From positions 4,118 to 68,117 of IMG/VR virus record IMGVR_UViG_3300021961_000078: a stretch of DNA of 64,000 nucleotides. One strand, 5' to 3'. The DNA comes from a virus. This document shows positions 53,799 through 63,289 of the stretch, piece by piece. The translations under genes and the position numbers were made by a program. Numbering within the stretch: the first letter of the stretch is position 1; each line of letters opens with the position of its first letter. The notes below the pieces were generated by a model. The model was not told the DNA's origin. It worked only from the letters and a program-made list of their open reading frames with translations, and searched no databases.

Positions 53799-54854
53799 TC
53801 ACAAAGCGTTGCCCCTGGGAAGCACTTCCTCTGGGAAGACAAAGTTTTCATGTGGTTGGTCAACTGGTGCCATCCATGCACGGAGACCTTCATTCAAAAG
53901 AATATTCTTAGTGTAGAAGGTTTCAAATTCTGGATCTTCTGCTGCCCTGATCTCCTGACTCACGAAATCGTAAGCGCGAAGATTAAGAGCAAGACCAATG
54001 ATGCCGATAGAGGATGTCCAAAGACCCATAACAGGAACAAAAAGCATAAAGAAATGCAACCACCTCTTATTGCTAAATGCAATACCGAATATCTGCGACC
54101 AAAAACGATTAGCCGTGACCATAGAATATGTTTCTTCCTCCTGAGTTGGTTCAAATGCCTTGAAAGTATTTGATTGGTCACTGTCTTCAAACAAAGTATT
54201 CTCTACTGTAGCACCATGAATGGCACAAAGCAATGCTCCACCCAGGATACCTGCTACACCCATCATGTGAAAAGGATTCAACGTCCAGTTGTGGAATCCT
54301 TGGAGGAAGAGGAGGAATCGGAAGATCGCCGCCACCCCGAAAGACGGTGCGAAGAACCAGGACGATTGTCCCAGAGGATACATAAGAAAAACACTAACGA
54401 ATACAGCAATAGGACCTGAGAAAGCAATAGCATTGTATGGTCTAATCCCTACGAGACGAGCGATTTCAAACTGCCGAAGCATGAATCCAATCAGAGCGAA
54501 AGATCCGTGGAGCGCCACAAAAGTCCAGAGTCCCCCAAGTTGGCACCAGCGGATGAAATCGCCTTGAGCTTCAGGACCCCAAAGGAGTAGAAGGCTATGT
54601 CCGAGAGCATCAGCAGGAGTAGAAACAGCAGCAGTAAGAAAGTTACACCCCTCAAGATATGAACTCGCAATGCCGTGGGTGTACCAACTGGTAACAAAGG
54701 TGGTTCCTGTAAGCCACCCGCCAAGAGCAAGATAAGCAGTCGGGAATAGTAGTAAGCCAGACCAACCGACAAACACAAACCGATCACGCTTAAGCCAGTC
54801 ATCGAGAACATCAAACCACCCCCTTTGTGGTAATTGTAGTGTACTTGTTGTCAT
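53799..54854 (-). CDS. psbD: Photosystem II D2 protein
   Basis: [21 protein letters not shown]...[10 protein letters not shown]. Confidence 0.99.
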   Translation of the reverse strand: MTTSTLQLPQRGWFDVLDDWLKRDRFVFVGWSGLLLFPTAYLALGGWLTGTTFVTSWYTHGIASSYLEGCNFLTAAVSTPADALGHSLLLLWGPEAQGDFIRWCQLGGLWTFVALHGSFALIGFMLRQFEIARLVGIRPYNAIAFSGPIAVFVSVFLMYPLGQSSWFFAPSFGVAAIFRFLLFLQGFHNWTLNPFHMMGVAGILGGALLCAIHGATVENTLFEDSDQSNTFKAFEPTQEEETYSMVTANRFWSQIFGIAFSNKRWLHFFMLFVPVMGLWTSSIGIIGLALNLRAYDFVSQEIRAAEDPEFETFYTKNILLNEGLRAWMAPVDQPHENFVFPEEVLPRGNAL

Positions 54855-54948
54855 TTGTTTTTTCCTTTGATTGTTTTAACCAGTATAACTGAGGCCAAGT
54901 GTCCATGATAATCTCACGCTCCTTGTATGTTGCGTCTTTGTTTATCAT
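54811..54948 (-). CDS. Small hypothetical protein between psbA and psbD (45 aa)
   Basis: [23 protein letters not shown]; overlaps psbD start. Confidence 0.5.
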   Translation of the reverse strand: MINKDATYKEREIIMDTWPQLYWLKQSKEKTNDNKYTTITTKGVV

Positions 54949-54976
54949 TGTCTTTGGAAAACTTAACATTTAGATT

Positions 54977-55002
54977 AAAAAGAAAGGGGACCGAAGTCCC
55001 CT
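54977..55002 (-). terminator. Rho-independent terminator after psbA
   Basis: AGGGGAC-TTCG-GTCCCCT-TTCTTTTT on - strand. Confidence 0.85.
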
Positions 55003-55044
55003 AGTTGTTTTTCTAATAAACGACGTTTATTAAGAATCCGAGTA

Positions 55045-56124
55045 TCAACCGATCGCAGGTGCGGTGAGTGCCACAGGAGTGGACTCAGCAGCAGCAAGGT
55101 CAAGAGGGAAGTTGTGAGCATTACGCTCGTGCATGACTTCCATACCCAGACCCGCACGGTTGAGCACATCTGCCCAAGTGTTGATCACTTTACCTTGACT
55201 ATCAACAATCGACTGGTTGAAGTTGAAACCATTCAGGTTGAATGCCATGGTGCTAACACCAAGAGCAGTAAACCAGATGCCAACCACAGGCCATGCTGCG
55301 AGGAAGAAGTGCAGCGAGCGAGAGTTGTTGAAGGAAGCGTATTGGAAGATCAGGCGACCGAAGTAACCGTGGGCAGCCACGATGTTGTAGGTCTCTTCCT
55401 CTTGACCAAACTTGTAACCATAGTTTTGGGACTCGTTTTCGGTGGTCTCACGGACCAGCGAAGAGGTGACCAGACTACCGTGCATTGCCGAGAAGAGTGA
55501 ACCACCGAAGACACCAGCAACTCCAAGCATGTGGAAGGGGTGCATCAGGATGTTGTGCTCTGCTTGGAAGACAAGCATGTAGTTAAAGGTGCCACTGATA
55601 CCCAGGGGCATTGCGTCAGAGAAAGAACCTTGACCGAAAGGATAGACCAGGAATACAGCAGATGCAGCAGCAACAGGTGCCGAGTAAGCAACGCAGATCC
55701 AGGGACGCATACCGAGACGGTAAGACAATTCCCACTCACGACCCATGTAGGCATAGATACCGATCAGGAAGTGGAAGACAACGAGTTGGAAAGGACCACC
55801 GTTGTAGAGCCATTCGTCCAGACTTGCTGCTTCCCAGATGGGATAGAAGTGCAGACCGATAGCGTTAGAAGAAGGAATAACAGCACCAGAGATGATGTTG
55901 TTGCCCCACATCAGCGACCCAGCAACGGGTTCGCGAATGCCGTCGATGTCCACAGGGGGAGCACCGATGAAGGCGATGATGAAACATGTGGTCGCTGCCA
56001 GCAGGCAGGGGATCATCAGGACGCCAAACCAACCGACATAAAGACGGTTATCGGTTGAGGTAACCCAGTTGCAGAATTGCTCCCAGGCATTAGTAGAACG
56101 TTGTTGTGAAAGTGTTGCAGTCAT
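55045..56124 (-). CDS. psbA: Photosystem II D1 protein (intronless)
   Basis: [14 protein letters not shown]...[13 protein letters not shown]; continuous 359 aa. Confidence 0.99.
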   Translation of the reverse strand: MTATLSQQRSTNAWEQFCNWVTSTDNRLYVGWFGVLMIPCLLAATTCFIIAFIGAPPVDIDGIREPVAGSLMWGNNIISGAVIPSSNAIGLHFYPIWEAASLDEWLYNGGPFQLVVFHFLIGIYAYMGREWELSYRLGMRPWICVAYSAPVAAASAVFLVYPFGQGSFSDAMPLGISGTFNYMLVFQAEHNILMHPFHMLGVAGVFGGSLFSAMHGSLVTSSLVRETTENESQNYGYKFGQEEETYNIVAAHGYFGRLIFQYASFNNSRSLHFFLAAWPVVGIWFTALGVSTMAFNLNGFNFNQSIVDSQGKVINTWADVLNRAGLGMEVMHERNAHNFPLDLAAAESTPVALTAPAIG

Positions 56125-56137
56125 TGTTATGTAACAG

Positions 56138-56243
56138 TTAGTAGGTCCATCAGGGAAATGGTGGAGATACTATGCTCCCTGCACCCTCAGCAGGGATATG
56201 AGAGACGTGATTTATACACCCTATAGGTCTCGGTTTGGGGTGT
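56138..56243 (-). ncRNA. PhotoRC-II-like structured 5' leader of psbA
   Basis: ACACCCCAAACCGAGACCTATAGGGTGT..CGTCTCTC pseudoknot-type pairings, TCCCTGC/GCAGGGA and CCA/TGG hairpins; family match recalled, not searched. Confidence 0.7.
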
Positions 56244-56285
56244 TACAATAGATCAAAAAACTTTACGTTTCGTAACCTGTTGACC

Positions 56286-56319
56286 TATTTATAATACGGC
56301 AAACCCTACTCGGTGTCAA
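56286..56319 (-). promoter_or_regulatory. Overlapping sigma70 and late promoters for psbA
   Basis: TTGACA-17bp-TATTAT overlapping TATAAATA (56286-56293). Confidence 0.75.
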
Positions 56320-57802
56320 CCCCCTCGGCGGGGATCTCGTAGTCGAATGTGCCAGAAAGAAATTCGTACATGGTTGGCAGGGTCTCGGCAAGGCGTTTGC
56401 GTTGCTCATACTTGTGTTTCCACTGTGCCACAGTCTTCTCTGAGACTAGACATGGATACCCAAAGTATTCATAATGACGTTTGTTGATGTTTGTATAACC
56501 AGATCCAGCAAGAATAAATGCGATAGGCATATGTCCTGTCGGAATAGGATCACCAGAGACCATCATATGACGGACAGATTCATGAGTGCCCTCTTGCTTA
56601 TACTGCACCTCATCAGTAACTGCTCTCCAGAAAGGCGTATCACGTCGGTGTGAATAGTAGTAATGTGCTTCCACAAACTCACGCCAACCATCCATGTGCT
56701 CAGAGAGATCATGATTGAAACGATCTCTAGCAAATTGACCTGGCAGTTTTTCTTCTCTGAGAATATCCATCAGAGCAAGAATGCCATGGTGTGTGTTAAA
56801 CAATGACGTGGATTCTAGAGGCTCGATGAAACCATACGACAAACCAATAGCAACACAGTTACCTACCCATGCTTCTTCGTGTCTGCCATTTCTAAAGGTG
56901 ATGAGTTTCGCATCATCATATCCAAACTCTTCTCTAGCATCCTCCTCAGTCTGATGCTTCGATGAAAAAACATATCCACGACTAATAAAATCGTAGGTAG
57001 GAATAGTCCACTGCCAACCCGAAGACATTGCCTTAGCATTGGTATAAGGCACCATCTGTTTCTTTCTATTCGTATACTCTGTCTTTACTACCAGAGCAGA
57101 GTCAGTGGGGATCGTATCAAATTCTACCCATCTGCTGAGAGCCCCCGAGACGGCACTCGCTTGGCCTGTACAGTCGATATAGAGATCACCGTATACTTCT
57201 TTTGGTTTGATATCGAACGGTCCTCTATCCACCAGGACACTTGTGATATTTCTTCCGTCATAACGAGCTGACTTAACCTTACTATCAACCACCGTAATAC
57301 CTTGACAGAAAGTAGTCTGAAGATACTCCGAAAATGCTTTAGCGTTGATGTGGAATGATCTGTCTTTGGCGAGGTCATATGGAAATAGCAAAGGATCGTT
57401 AAGTGGCATCTTACCCTCCTCTGCGACCGTCACAAATGGCATAAAGACATCTGCGAAAGGGGGAAGATCTTCTGGATAAAATGCTTTCGCAAGCATCCAG
57501 TCGTGATACTTTACGTCAGTATTTATCGACTGTCCATTGGGATAGTGGAATACTTGACCTTCCGAAACAAAACCTTCAAATCTAGATGAAGATTTGAAGG
57601 TTGCTCTTGCCGCAGGAAGGAATACTTCATCAGTAATTCCCATGTATCTGAGATACTGATTGATATGAGGTGTAGTTGATTCACCAACCCCAATTGATTC
57701 ACCACCAGTGATGATAGTAATATCCCATTCGGGAAAAGTTTTACAGAAGGCGGCAGCAGTCATCCAACCAGATGTGCCACCACCACAAATAACAACTTTC
57801 AT
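56306..57802 (-). CDS. prnA: Second flavin-dependent halogenase
   Basis: CGGGTSGW, IGVGEST, RATFK (catalytic Lys position), WQWTIP, FIEPLEST. Confidence 0.92.
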   Translation of the reverse strand: MKVVICGGGTSGWMTAAAFCKTFPEWDITIITGGESIGVGESTTPHINQYLRYMGITDEVFLPAARATFKSSSRFEGFVSEGQVFHYPNGQSINTDVKYHDWMLAKAFYPEDLPPFADVFMPFVTVAEEGKMPLNDPLLFPYDLAKDRSFHINAKAFSEYLQTTFCQGITVVDSKVKSARYDGRNITSVLVDRGPFDIKPKEVYGDLYIDCTGQASAVSGALSRWVEFDTIPTDSALVVKTEYTNRKKQMVPYTNAKAMSSGWQWTIPTYDFISRGYVFSSKHQTEEDAREEFGYDDAKLITFRNGRHEEAWVGNCVAIGLSYGFIEPLESTSLFNTHHGILALMDILREEKLPGQFARDRFNHDLSEHMDGWREFVEAHYYYSHRRDTPFWRAVTDEVQYKQEGTHESVRHMMVSGDPIPTGHMPIAFILAGSGYTNINKRHYEYFGYPCLVSEKTVAQWKHKYEQRKRLAETLPTMYEFLSGTFDYEIPAEGVDTE

Positions 57803-58086
57803 TCTTGTTTCTCGTTAAGTGTAGCGTAGATTGCTCTCCATGATGCCAACTCAGATTTAACTTTTGCAGTTGCCATAGCAATAGGATCACCATTGAATTC
57901 CTTTAACTCTTCAGTCATAGGATTCTCTTCCGTAGGGAGCACATCATTAAACAAACCATTACTGGTGAAGTAATGGCAGAATTCGTAAATGCTTGAGTTA
58001 ATTTCTTCCTTTGCTCGCACACAGCATATCAAGCATAGTGCTCGCTTCTCAAGATTCTCATCGGTGTAGCGCCAATCAGCATTCAT
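57799..58086 (-). CDS. Hypothetical protein
   Basis: DWRY.DE..IYEFCH; ATGA-coupled on both sides. Confidence 0.7.
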   Translation of the reverse strand: MNADWRYTDENLEKRALCLICCVRAKEEINSSIYEFCHYFTSNGLFNDVLPTEENPMTEELKEFNGDPIAMATAKVKSELASWRAIYATLNEKQE

Positions 58087-58742
58087 AATGCAACCCAGTG
58101 ATGTTTCATACTATCAGAGACATTTTTAATATAACCTTCTTCGGTCATAATGTCAAATGCAATTGTGATCCTTTCTTCATCATCAACCACAGCATCTGTA
58201 TGATGCATAACCCAAGAAGGAAACATTGTCATCTTACCTCTACTGTTTGGTGAATCGTAAAGATCTGACCCAAACAATTTATGATAGTAAGTGCTGGTGT
58301 CTTTAACCTTCACACATAAGTGACCACTGAGGTAACTATATGCAGTATGGTTATGCCTATGTGCTGCCATTCTTTGCTTCTTCCTCATAACATTTGCCCA
58401 GCACTGGACATAGATGTTACCTGGCGGTTTAGGAATGTTGATTTCCTCTAAAAACTTATCGTGAAAATCTTTGATAGAAAATCTGAGAGTCTCTGCAGAA
58501 TCAAACTCTAGAAGATTGTAGTTTTTAGATCTTGCAGTGAGACTATTCTTACCTAGTTTAGTGCCCCAGTCATCTTCAAACTCATACTTCTCAATGATTT
58601 CCTTTTCCTTACCAAGTATCTCTTTCTCAATAGGATTGAGATCAATCATGCATTTGCCTTCAGCAATAAAGTAATCCCAGTAAGGAGCAAATGGTGTGAA
58701 TTCCTCACTCGCAAAGTGAAGTATCTTTGTTAACTGACTCAT
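58083..58742 (-). CDS. Fe(II)/2OG oxygenase (TIGR02466-like)
   Basis: CWANVMR, HRH..YLSGH, MFPSWVMHHT, RITIAFD. Confidence 0.85.
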   Translation of the reverse strand: MSQLTKILHFASEEFTPFAPYWDYFIAEGKCMIDLNPIEKEILGKEKEIIEKYEFEDDWGTKLGKNSLTARSKNYNLLEFDSAETLRFSIKDFHDKFLEEINIPKPPGNIYVQCWANVMRKKQRMAAHRHNHTAYSYLSGHLCVKVKDTSTYYHKLFGSDLYDSPNSRGKMTMFPSWVMHHTDAVVDDEERITIAFDIMTEEGYIKNVSDSMKHHWVAL

Positions 58743-58889
58743 CTTCAACAACTCTCAATTCTTTTTGGTTTGGCATCATACCACATAATGTAAGTAGGAA
58801 GTCAGCCTTCGTTTTTGATAATCCAGAATATTTTTTAAGGGGGACCCAAGATCCCCTGTGATTTAACTCAATGCGGTAAGTCACCCGTC

Positions 58890-59504
58890 TTAGGCATACA
58901 CGAGTTTATTTATGTATTGGTATGCATACTGCTGACGGTATCCTTTGATGCCCCATCCCAACCAGTAGTAAGCAGCAACCATATACTGATCAACTTTTTG
59001 TCCATTACCTTCAAACTCAGGAAGGTATTTCTGGAAAGTATATTCGTTGATCATGTATGCTGTCTGACCTTCAAGGGAAGAAGGATCATAACCATACTTC
59101 TTAGCGAAGCGTCCTAACCCCAGATAACGGTTCGTAGAGGTCCACTGAATGAGTCCGTAACCACCGCGAAGGCAACGATCGTAAGGAACTCTAGCACCTC
59201 CCTCACAAATATTGGGAGTGAAGTTACTCTCCGATTTAATGTTGCCCATGATTGTTGCAAGGGCATTGCGATCGGTGATCTTTGTTTTCTTTTGGAGTTG
59301 CTCAAGGACATACTGCTCATTTGTATTGCACCCTGGGCACTTCCAGGTCTTCTGGACTACTTCGACCTTCTCAACTTTCTCAGGATTCACTTTACCTACA
59401 ACTGCAACTTCTACAGAGGGAGGATCTTGAATCTCACTGATGCTTGGATAAGCACAGGCGGCAGTCGCTGAGAGAGCGAAAAGGAGTGGTAGAAATTTTT
59501 TCAT
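58890..59504 (-). CDS. Exported lysozyme-like protein (phage tail lysozyme 2 family)
   Basis: Signal/lipoprotein-like N-terminus; ATIMGNIKSES, GYGLIQWT, LEGQ. Confidence 0.75.
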   Translation of the reverse strand: MKKFLPLLFALSATAACAYPSISEIQDPPSVEVAVVGKVNPEKVEKVEVVQKTWKCPGCNTNEQYVLEQLQKKTKITDRNALATIMGNIKSESNFTPNICEGGARVPYDRCLRGGYGLIQWTSTNRYLGLGRFAKKYGYDPSSLEGQTAYMINEYTFQKYLPEFEGNGQKVDQYMVAAYYWLGWGIKGYRQQYAYQYINKLVYA

Positions 59505-59568
59505 TAAACTAAAGAAACTCGACATCCACTATCATGAGAAATGAGTCAATCAGTGGCTCAGAGTATAT

Positions 59569-59613
59569 ATACTAACAAAAAAATAGAGGGGTGTCAACTG
59601 GATTGTGCCAGTT
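59569..59613 (-). promoter_or_regulatory. Sigma70 promoter with AACTGGCACA element, embedded in a terminator hairpin
   Basis: aactggcacaatccag TTGACA-17bp-TAGTAT; hairpin AGAGGGG..CCCCTCT plus T7. Confidence 0.65.
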
Positions 59614-59648
59614 ACCCCTCTGTCTGCGCCGACGATATTCAATTCTAT

Positions 59649-59729
59649 TTATTCATCCCCAGATTGGGTAAGCATTGCAGCACCGAAGAAGGTGCCCAAT
59701 AGGATTATCGACAGTGCTGCTAATGCCAT
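59649..59729 (-). CDS. Tiny membrane peptide (26 aa)
   Basis: MALAALSIILLGTFFGAAMLTQSGDE; TGATG coupling to hli. Confidence 0.45.
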   Translation of the reverse strand: MALAALSIILLGTFFGAAMLTQSGDE

Positions 59730-59836
59730 CACCAAATACCAGGAATGATTTGACCTGTGGTGGCATAGGATCCCATTGCTGCAATGATACCAATCATTGC
59801 TGCCCAGCCGTTAATGCGCTCTGCTTTTTCATTCAT
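59729..59836 (-). CDS. hli: High-light inducible protein (35 aa)
   Basis: AERINGWAAMIG..TGQIIPGIW. Confidence 0.92.
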   Translation of the reverse strand: MNEKAERINGWAAMIGIIAAMGSYATTGQIIPGIW

Positions 59837-60344
59837 TGTTAGTAGCTCCGTAAGATCTAAGGTATTCTAGGACAGTTTCTGGTTTGCTTCTTTCATAGGG
59901 GTCAATCGGACAATTTCCGACTTTCCCTTCTTCTTCAAACATTTGCTCGATCTCACCATTGTTAACGACCATAGCATATCGCCAAGACCGATAACCGAAA
60001 CCGAGGTTGTGCTTCTCAACTTGCATCCCCATGGCACGGGTGAAGTCACCACTACCATCAGGAATCAGTTTAACATTTTCAATACCCAGGGATTTACCCC
60101 AAGCATTCATAACAAAACCATCGTTAACTGAGATGCAGTAGACTTCATCAATACCCAGATCAATAAACTCTTGATAGAGATCATCGTATGCAGGGAGTTG
60201 ATAGTTACTACAGGTAGGAGTGAATGCTCCTGGGAGAGAGAATACTACGACACGCTTGTTGTCGAAGTATCCATAACTACCAGTCTTGATAAAGGTGCCT
60301 TTGTCTGCATCTCGCAGCGTAAAGATAGTATCAGGGACTCTCAT
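59829..60344 (-). CDS. Peroxiredoxin (Prx5 type)
   Basis: FSLPGAFTPTCS, SVNDGFVMNAW, GFG.RSWRY. Confidence 0.92.
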   Translation of the reverse strand: MRVPDTIFTLRDADKGTFIKTGSYGYFDNKRVVVFSLPGAFTPTCSNYQLPAYDDLYQEFIDLGIDEVYCISVNDGFVMNAWGKSLGIENVKLIPDGSGDFTRAMGMQVEKHNLGFGYRSWRYAMVVNNGEIEQMFEEEGKVGNCPIDPYERSKPETVLEYLRSYGATNNE

Positions 60345-60352
60345 GATTAGGT

Positions 60353-60439
60353 TTAATAAGTTTCAGCAAGTTTTTCAACAGAGAATGCAAGCAATACAAA
60401 GAATGTAATTGCAGTGAGGGTGAAAAAGATCTCAGTCAT
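60353..60439 (-). CDS. Tiny membrane peptide (28 aa)
   Basis: MTEIFFTLTAITFFVLLAFSVEKLAETY; TGATG coupling to hli. Confidence 0.55.
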   Translation of the reverse strand: MTEIFFTLTAITFFVLLAFSVEKLAETY

Positions 60440-60648
60440 CACAGCACTCCGAAGAAGAGTTTACCAGTAAGTGCGTAAGAAATCAAAGCGGCAACGAAAC
60501 CAAGCATCGCAGTGCGACCATTCAGTTTCTCTGCCTTCTCAGCGTAGGGCTCAATGCCGTAACGCTCAAGATCTTCTTTGGTCATATACATCGAAGGCTC
60601 TTTTGCCCACATGTTGATTTGACCCCATTCGTTTTTAGTTACGGTCAT
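60439..60648 (-). CDS. hli: High-light inducible protein
   Basis: NMWAKEP, AEKLNGRTAMLGF..TGKLFFG. Confidence 0.92.
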   Translation of the reverse strand: MTVTKNEWGQINMWAKEPSMYMTKEDLERYGIEPYAEKAEKLNGRTAMLGFVAALISYALTGKLFFGVL

Positions 60649-60696
60649 TGTTAAGATTTGCAACTGTCATAACTATATAGGAAATATTAAGAATTG

Positions 60697-61017
60697 TCAA
60701 GAGGGTGTGTAGTCTCCGAATGAGATTACGTCAGCACCTTCTGACAATCCTGTGAATGAGATCGTGTCAGCAGCATAACCAACACCATAATTATCCGTAG
60801 GGATATTAAGGTAGTCGCTGGACAGGTTGAAATTGTAATTAGAATTGACCACAGGATCTGCAGGAGTATCGTTATTGATACGCTTCAGTCCCAGGTACAT
60901 GCGCCACAATTCAGACAGGGTGCTCTCATCATACCCTTCGGTATCCAGAGCAGTCTTGAAGGCGGTGCGAGCAGCGTCTGCTGCTGCTTGAAGATCAGTC
61001 TTCAGAGTCATCGTCAT
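60697..61017 (-). CDS. Hypothetical protein
   Basis: 106 aa ORF. Confidence 0.65.
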   Translation of the reverse strand: MTMTLKTDLQAAADAARTAFKTALDTEGYDESTLSELWRMYLGLKRINNDTPADPVVNSNYNFNLSSDYLNIPTDNYGVGYAADTISFTGLSEGADVISFGDYTPS

Positions 61018-61249
61018 CTCCTTTTACATAGCAGGGGACCATATCGGGGTCCAACCATTTGGTGTATTCAAAATCTTCGATCGCAGTATTCATCTGCATG
61101 GCATTGTCACACAGATACATATCGCGATAGCGACCAGTGTAAGAGTCTACCTTTTGGATTCGGTAGTCTGGTTTACCATTGATCTCCAGGGTGCCGACTT
61201 GGACATAGCGATAAGGGAATCGCTCAAGGAGGATGGTGGGTTTCTTCAT
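60995..61249 (-). CDS. Conserved cyanophage-type hypothetical protein
   Basis: LLERFPYRYV..G.LE.NG.PDYRIQK..YTKWLDP. Confidence 0.75.
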   Translation of the reverse strand: MKKPTILLERFPYRYVQVGTLEINGKPDYRIQKVDSYTGRYRDMYLCDNAMQMNTAIEDFEYTKWLDPDMVPCYVKGDDDDSED

Positions 61250-61416
61250 TGGCGTCGAAGCGTCTTCAGATATTCTAGCACGAAACTACGGATATACATC
61301 AACTCGTGGTAGCACTCTTGGTTGTGGGCGCACTGCCTCAACTCAGAGTCAGGTTTGTGGACAGACTCAATGAAGAGATCAAGACCCCTATTCCACTTGT
61401 CGTCTTGTAAATCCAT
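61246..61416 (-). CDS. Small conserved hypothetical protein (56 aa)
   Basis: KWNRGLDLFIESVHKPDSELRQCAHNQECYHELM; GGAGG RBS. Confidence 0.7.
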   Translation of the reverse strand: MDLQDDKWNRGLDLFIESVHKPDSELRQCAHNQECYHELMYIRSFVLEYLKTLRRQ

Positions 61417-61448
61417 GAAACCTCCGTGTGTTTTTACTATTTAAGCAT

Positions 61449-62057
61449 CTAAATGTAGGAAAACCACCCAGTTATAATCATCTTTTCAGATTCTTGACTA
61501 ACCCTTCCTCTATGAAAGTGTGTCCAATCTGCTGGCCAGATTACAGTGAATCCCCTTTTGGCATCAACATACTTATCTTGATGAAACCATTCCGTCCCAC
61601 CATTGGGACAGTCATTTAGATATGTCATAAAGACTAAATGCCTGTATACATTTCCAGGCAAAGCATTAGATCTTTCAGTATGCCACTGCTTAAATCCACC
61701 GCCAGGAGGATAGAGTTGCATACTTAGTGGCTCTGTTACTTGAAATCGAGAGGTCTCACAGAAAGGAAACCTCTCGACATACTTGTTGAGGACTCCCTGA
61801 AGTGCCAGCATATAATTCTGGACTTCAGGAAGTGCTAACTGAAATGGAATGTGTAAGTCTAATGACTCCTTGTAGTCTCGGTCCACTACCACATCACCAT
61901 GTTTATATACTTGACCCTCATGAGGATTAAGTATGGACTGATTACGCCAGAAGTGCCACAGACCTTCAACTACAGATTCATCAATGTAATCACCCCAAAT
62001 AAAATCTGAGATCTTTTCACAAAATCTGCCTTTGTAGACTGTTATACTGTCTGTCAT
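61449..62057 (-). CDS. Fe(II)/2OG oxygenase (prolyl-4-hydroxylase-like)
   Basis: YPPGGGFKQWHTE, FMTYLND..GGTEW, IWPADWTHFHRG, K.IITGW. Confidence 0.9.
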   Translation of the reverse strand: MTDSITVYKGRFCEKISDFIWGDYIDESVVEGLWHFWRNQSILNPHEGQVYKHGDVVVDRDYKESLDLHIPFQLALPEVQNYMLALQGVLNKYVERFPFCETSRFQVTEPLSMQLYPPGGGFKQWHTERSNALPGNVYRHLVFMTYLNDCPNGGTEWFHQDKYVDAKRGFTVIWPADWTHFHRGRVSQESEKMIITGWFSYI

Positions 62058-62127
62058 AATTCATCCCGACCAGGGTAAGTTTTGTGCCATTCCAAGGCAG
62101 GGTCATTTGACTCCACCAGGGTAAGAT

Positions 62128-62352
62128 TTACGTCGCTTCCAGGACGCCATCTGCAATCATATTATCTATTAGAATCGAATAGTCCTCCTCAACATCAATG
62201 CCCCAGAAATGGACGTGACGATCACTCTTATCGCTATAGAAACGGCAGAGTGAAGAGAAAAGGGATGGATACTCAATGTCAAGGGCAATATTGCCATTCA
62301 CAGCATCCTTCAGAAGTTGGAGACTTTCTCCAAAGCGATCTCTAACAGTCAT
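62128..62352 (-). CDS. Hypothetical protein
   Basis: 74 aa, AGGAG RBS. Confidence 0.7.
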   Translation of the reverse strand: MTVRDRFGESLQLLKDAVNGNIALDIEYPSLFSSLCRFYSDKSDRHVHFWGIDVEEDYSILIDNMIADGVLEAT

Positions 62353-62392
62353 GACTGCTCTCCTTTATTTGATTGTTACCCCCTAGGGGGAG

Positions 62393-62464
62393 TGGGAGAT
62401 GAGGGGATCGAACCCCCGACAATCTCGGTGTAAACGAGGTGCTCTACCGCTGAGCTAATCTCCC
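62393..62464 (-). tRNA. tRNA-Val (TAC)
   Basis: GGGAGATTAGCTCAGCGGTAGAGC..TT-TAC-AC..GGTTCGATCCC. Confidence 0.95.
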
Positions 62465-62467
62465 ATA

Positions 62468-62541
<74 letters not shown>

Positions 62542-62549
62542 AGAAAGAC

Positions 62550-63161
62550 CTACTGGGCGTAGGCAGAGATAACTTCTCGTCTTACAGGATCTCCCTGAAA
62601 CAATTCTTTTTTGACAATATCAACCTTCCCTCTGAGATTGTATGAAACAATGGTCCTTCGTTTATCAGATTCATTTTCCAATGCCTCGTGTGCAATTGTC
62701 GCTGGGAAGATGATCATGTCCCCCTCCTTTACTGGTGGTGTAAATACTTCTAGTGTGCCACTCCAGGGATTACCAAATGGAGAATAGAAATGAGTGGCAG
62801 TATGGACTCTCGGATCAAACTCAACGTAGATTACAGAAGACCATCCACTGTGTCCATGATTGTGTAGACCATGTTTCTGCCCCTTGTATGCAGATTGAAA
62901 CCAAAGATCCGTAAACTCTACCTTACGCTGATCAGTAAAGTCAGCAAGATATGGTTTGATGATATCAATGATTGTGTCTGAATAATCGGGGAGAGTATCT
63001 CCATCATAATTATCAAAGAAGTCAGTGAATACTTCTCCATTAGAATCTAGATGTGCTTGACTCCTCTTGGGAAGAGCATCTAGAATTCTCTTTTTATTCT
63101 CTGGCCAATTAGCAATCTCATAATGAATGATTGGCACGGAAAACATCGCATGGACTGTCAT
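62550..63161 (-). CDS. Fe(II)/2OG oxygenase (TIGR02466-like)
   Basis: HGLHNH..WSSVIY, EGDMIIFPATIAHE, RRTIVSYN. Confidence 0.85.
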   Translation of the reverse strand: MTVHAMFSVPIIHYEIANWPENKKRILDALPKRSQAHLDSNGEVFTDFFDNYDGDTLPDYSDTIIDIIKPYLADFTDQRKVEFTDLWFQSAYKGQKHGLHNHGHSGWSSVIYVEFDPRVHTATHFYSPFGNPWSGTLEVFTPPVKEGDMIIFPATIAHEALENESDKRRTIVSYNLRGKVDIVKKELFQGDPVRREVISAYAQ

Positions 63162-63289
63162 TACACCTCTTGTAACTCACGAATTTTTCTTGCGATAACT
63201 TCTGCTTCAGCAGAGTTACCCTGATCCAATTCAATATGAATTTGATCGATTAAATACTCAACGACCTCTTCTAGAAATTGAGTGTCCAT
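63161..63289 (-). CDS. Small hypothetical protein (42 aa)
   Basis: MDTQFLEEVVEYLIDQIHIELDQGNSAEAEVIARKIRELQEV; GGAGG RBS; TTGACT-18bp-TATAAT at 63315-63344. Confidence 0.6.
   Translation of the reverse strand: MDTQFLEEVVEYLIDQIHIELDQGNSAEAEVIARKIRELQEV

Noticed and set aside
55045-56124. Group I intron or homing endonuclease at psbA
   Set aside because: ORF is continuous and full length; the psbA-psbD gap is too short for an endonuclease gene
53799-56124. psbA/psbD, cp12, phoH, hli as novelty or as a sign of host chromosome
   Set aside because: Well-known cyanophage auxiliary genes, here among T4-like core genes with phage late promoters
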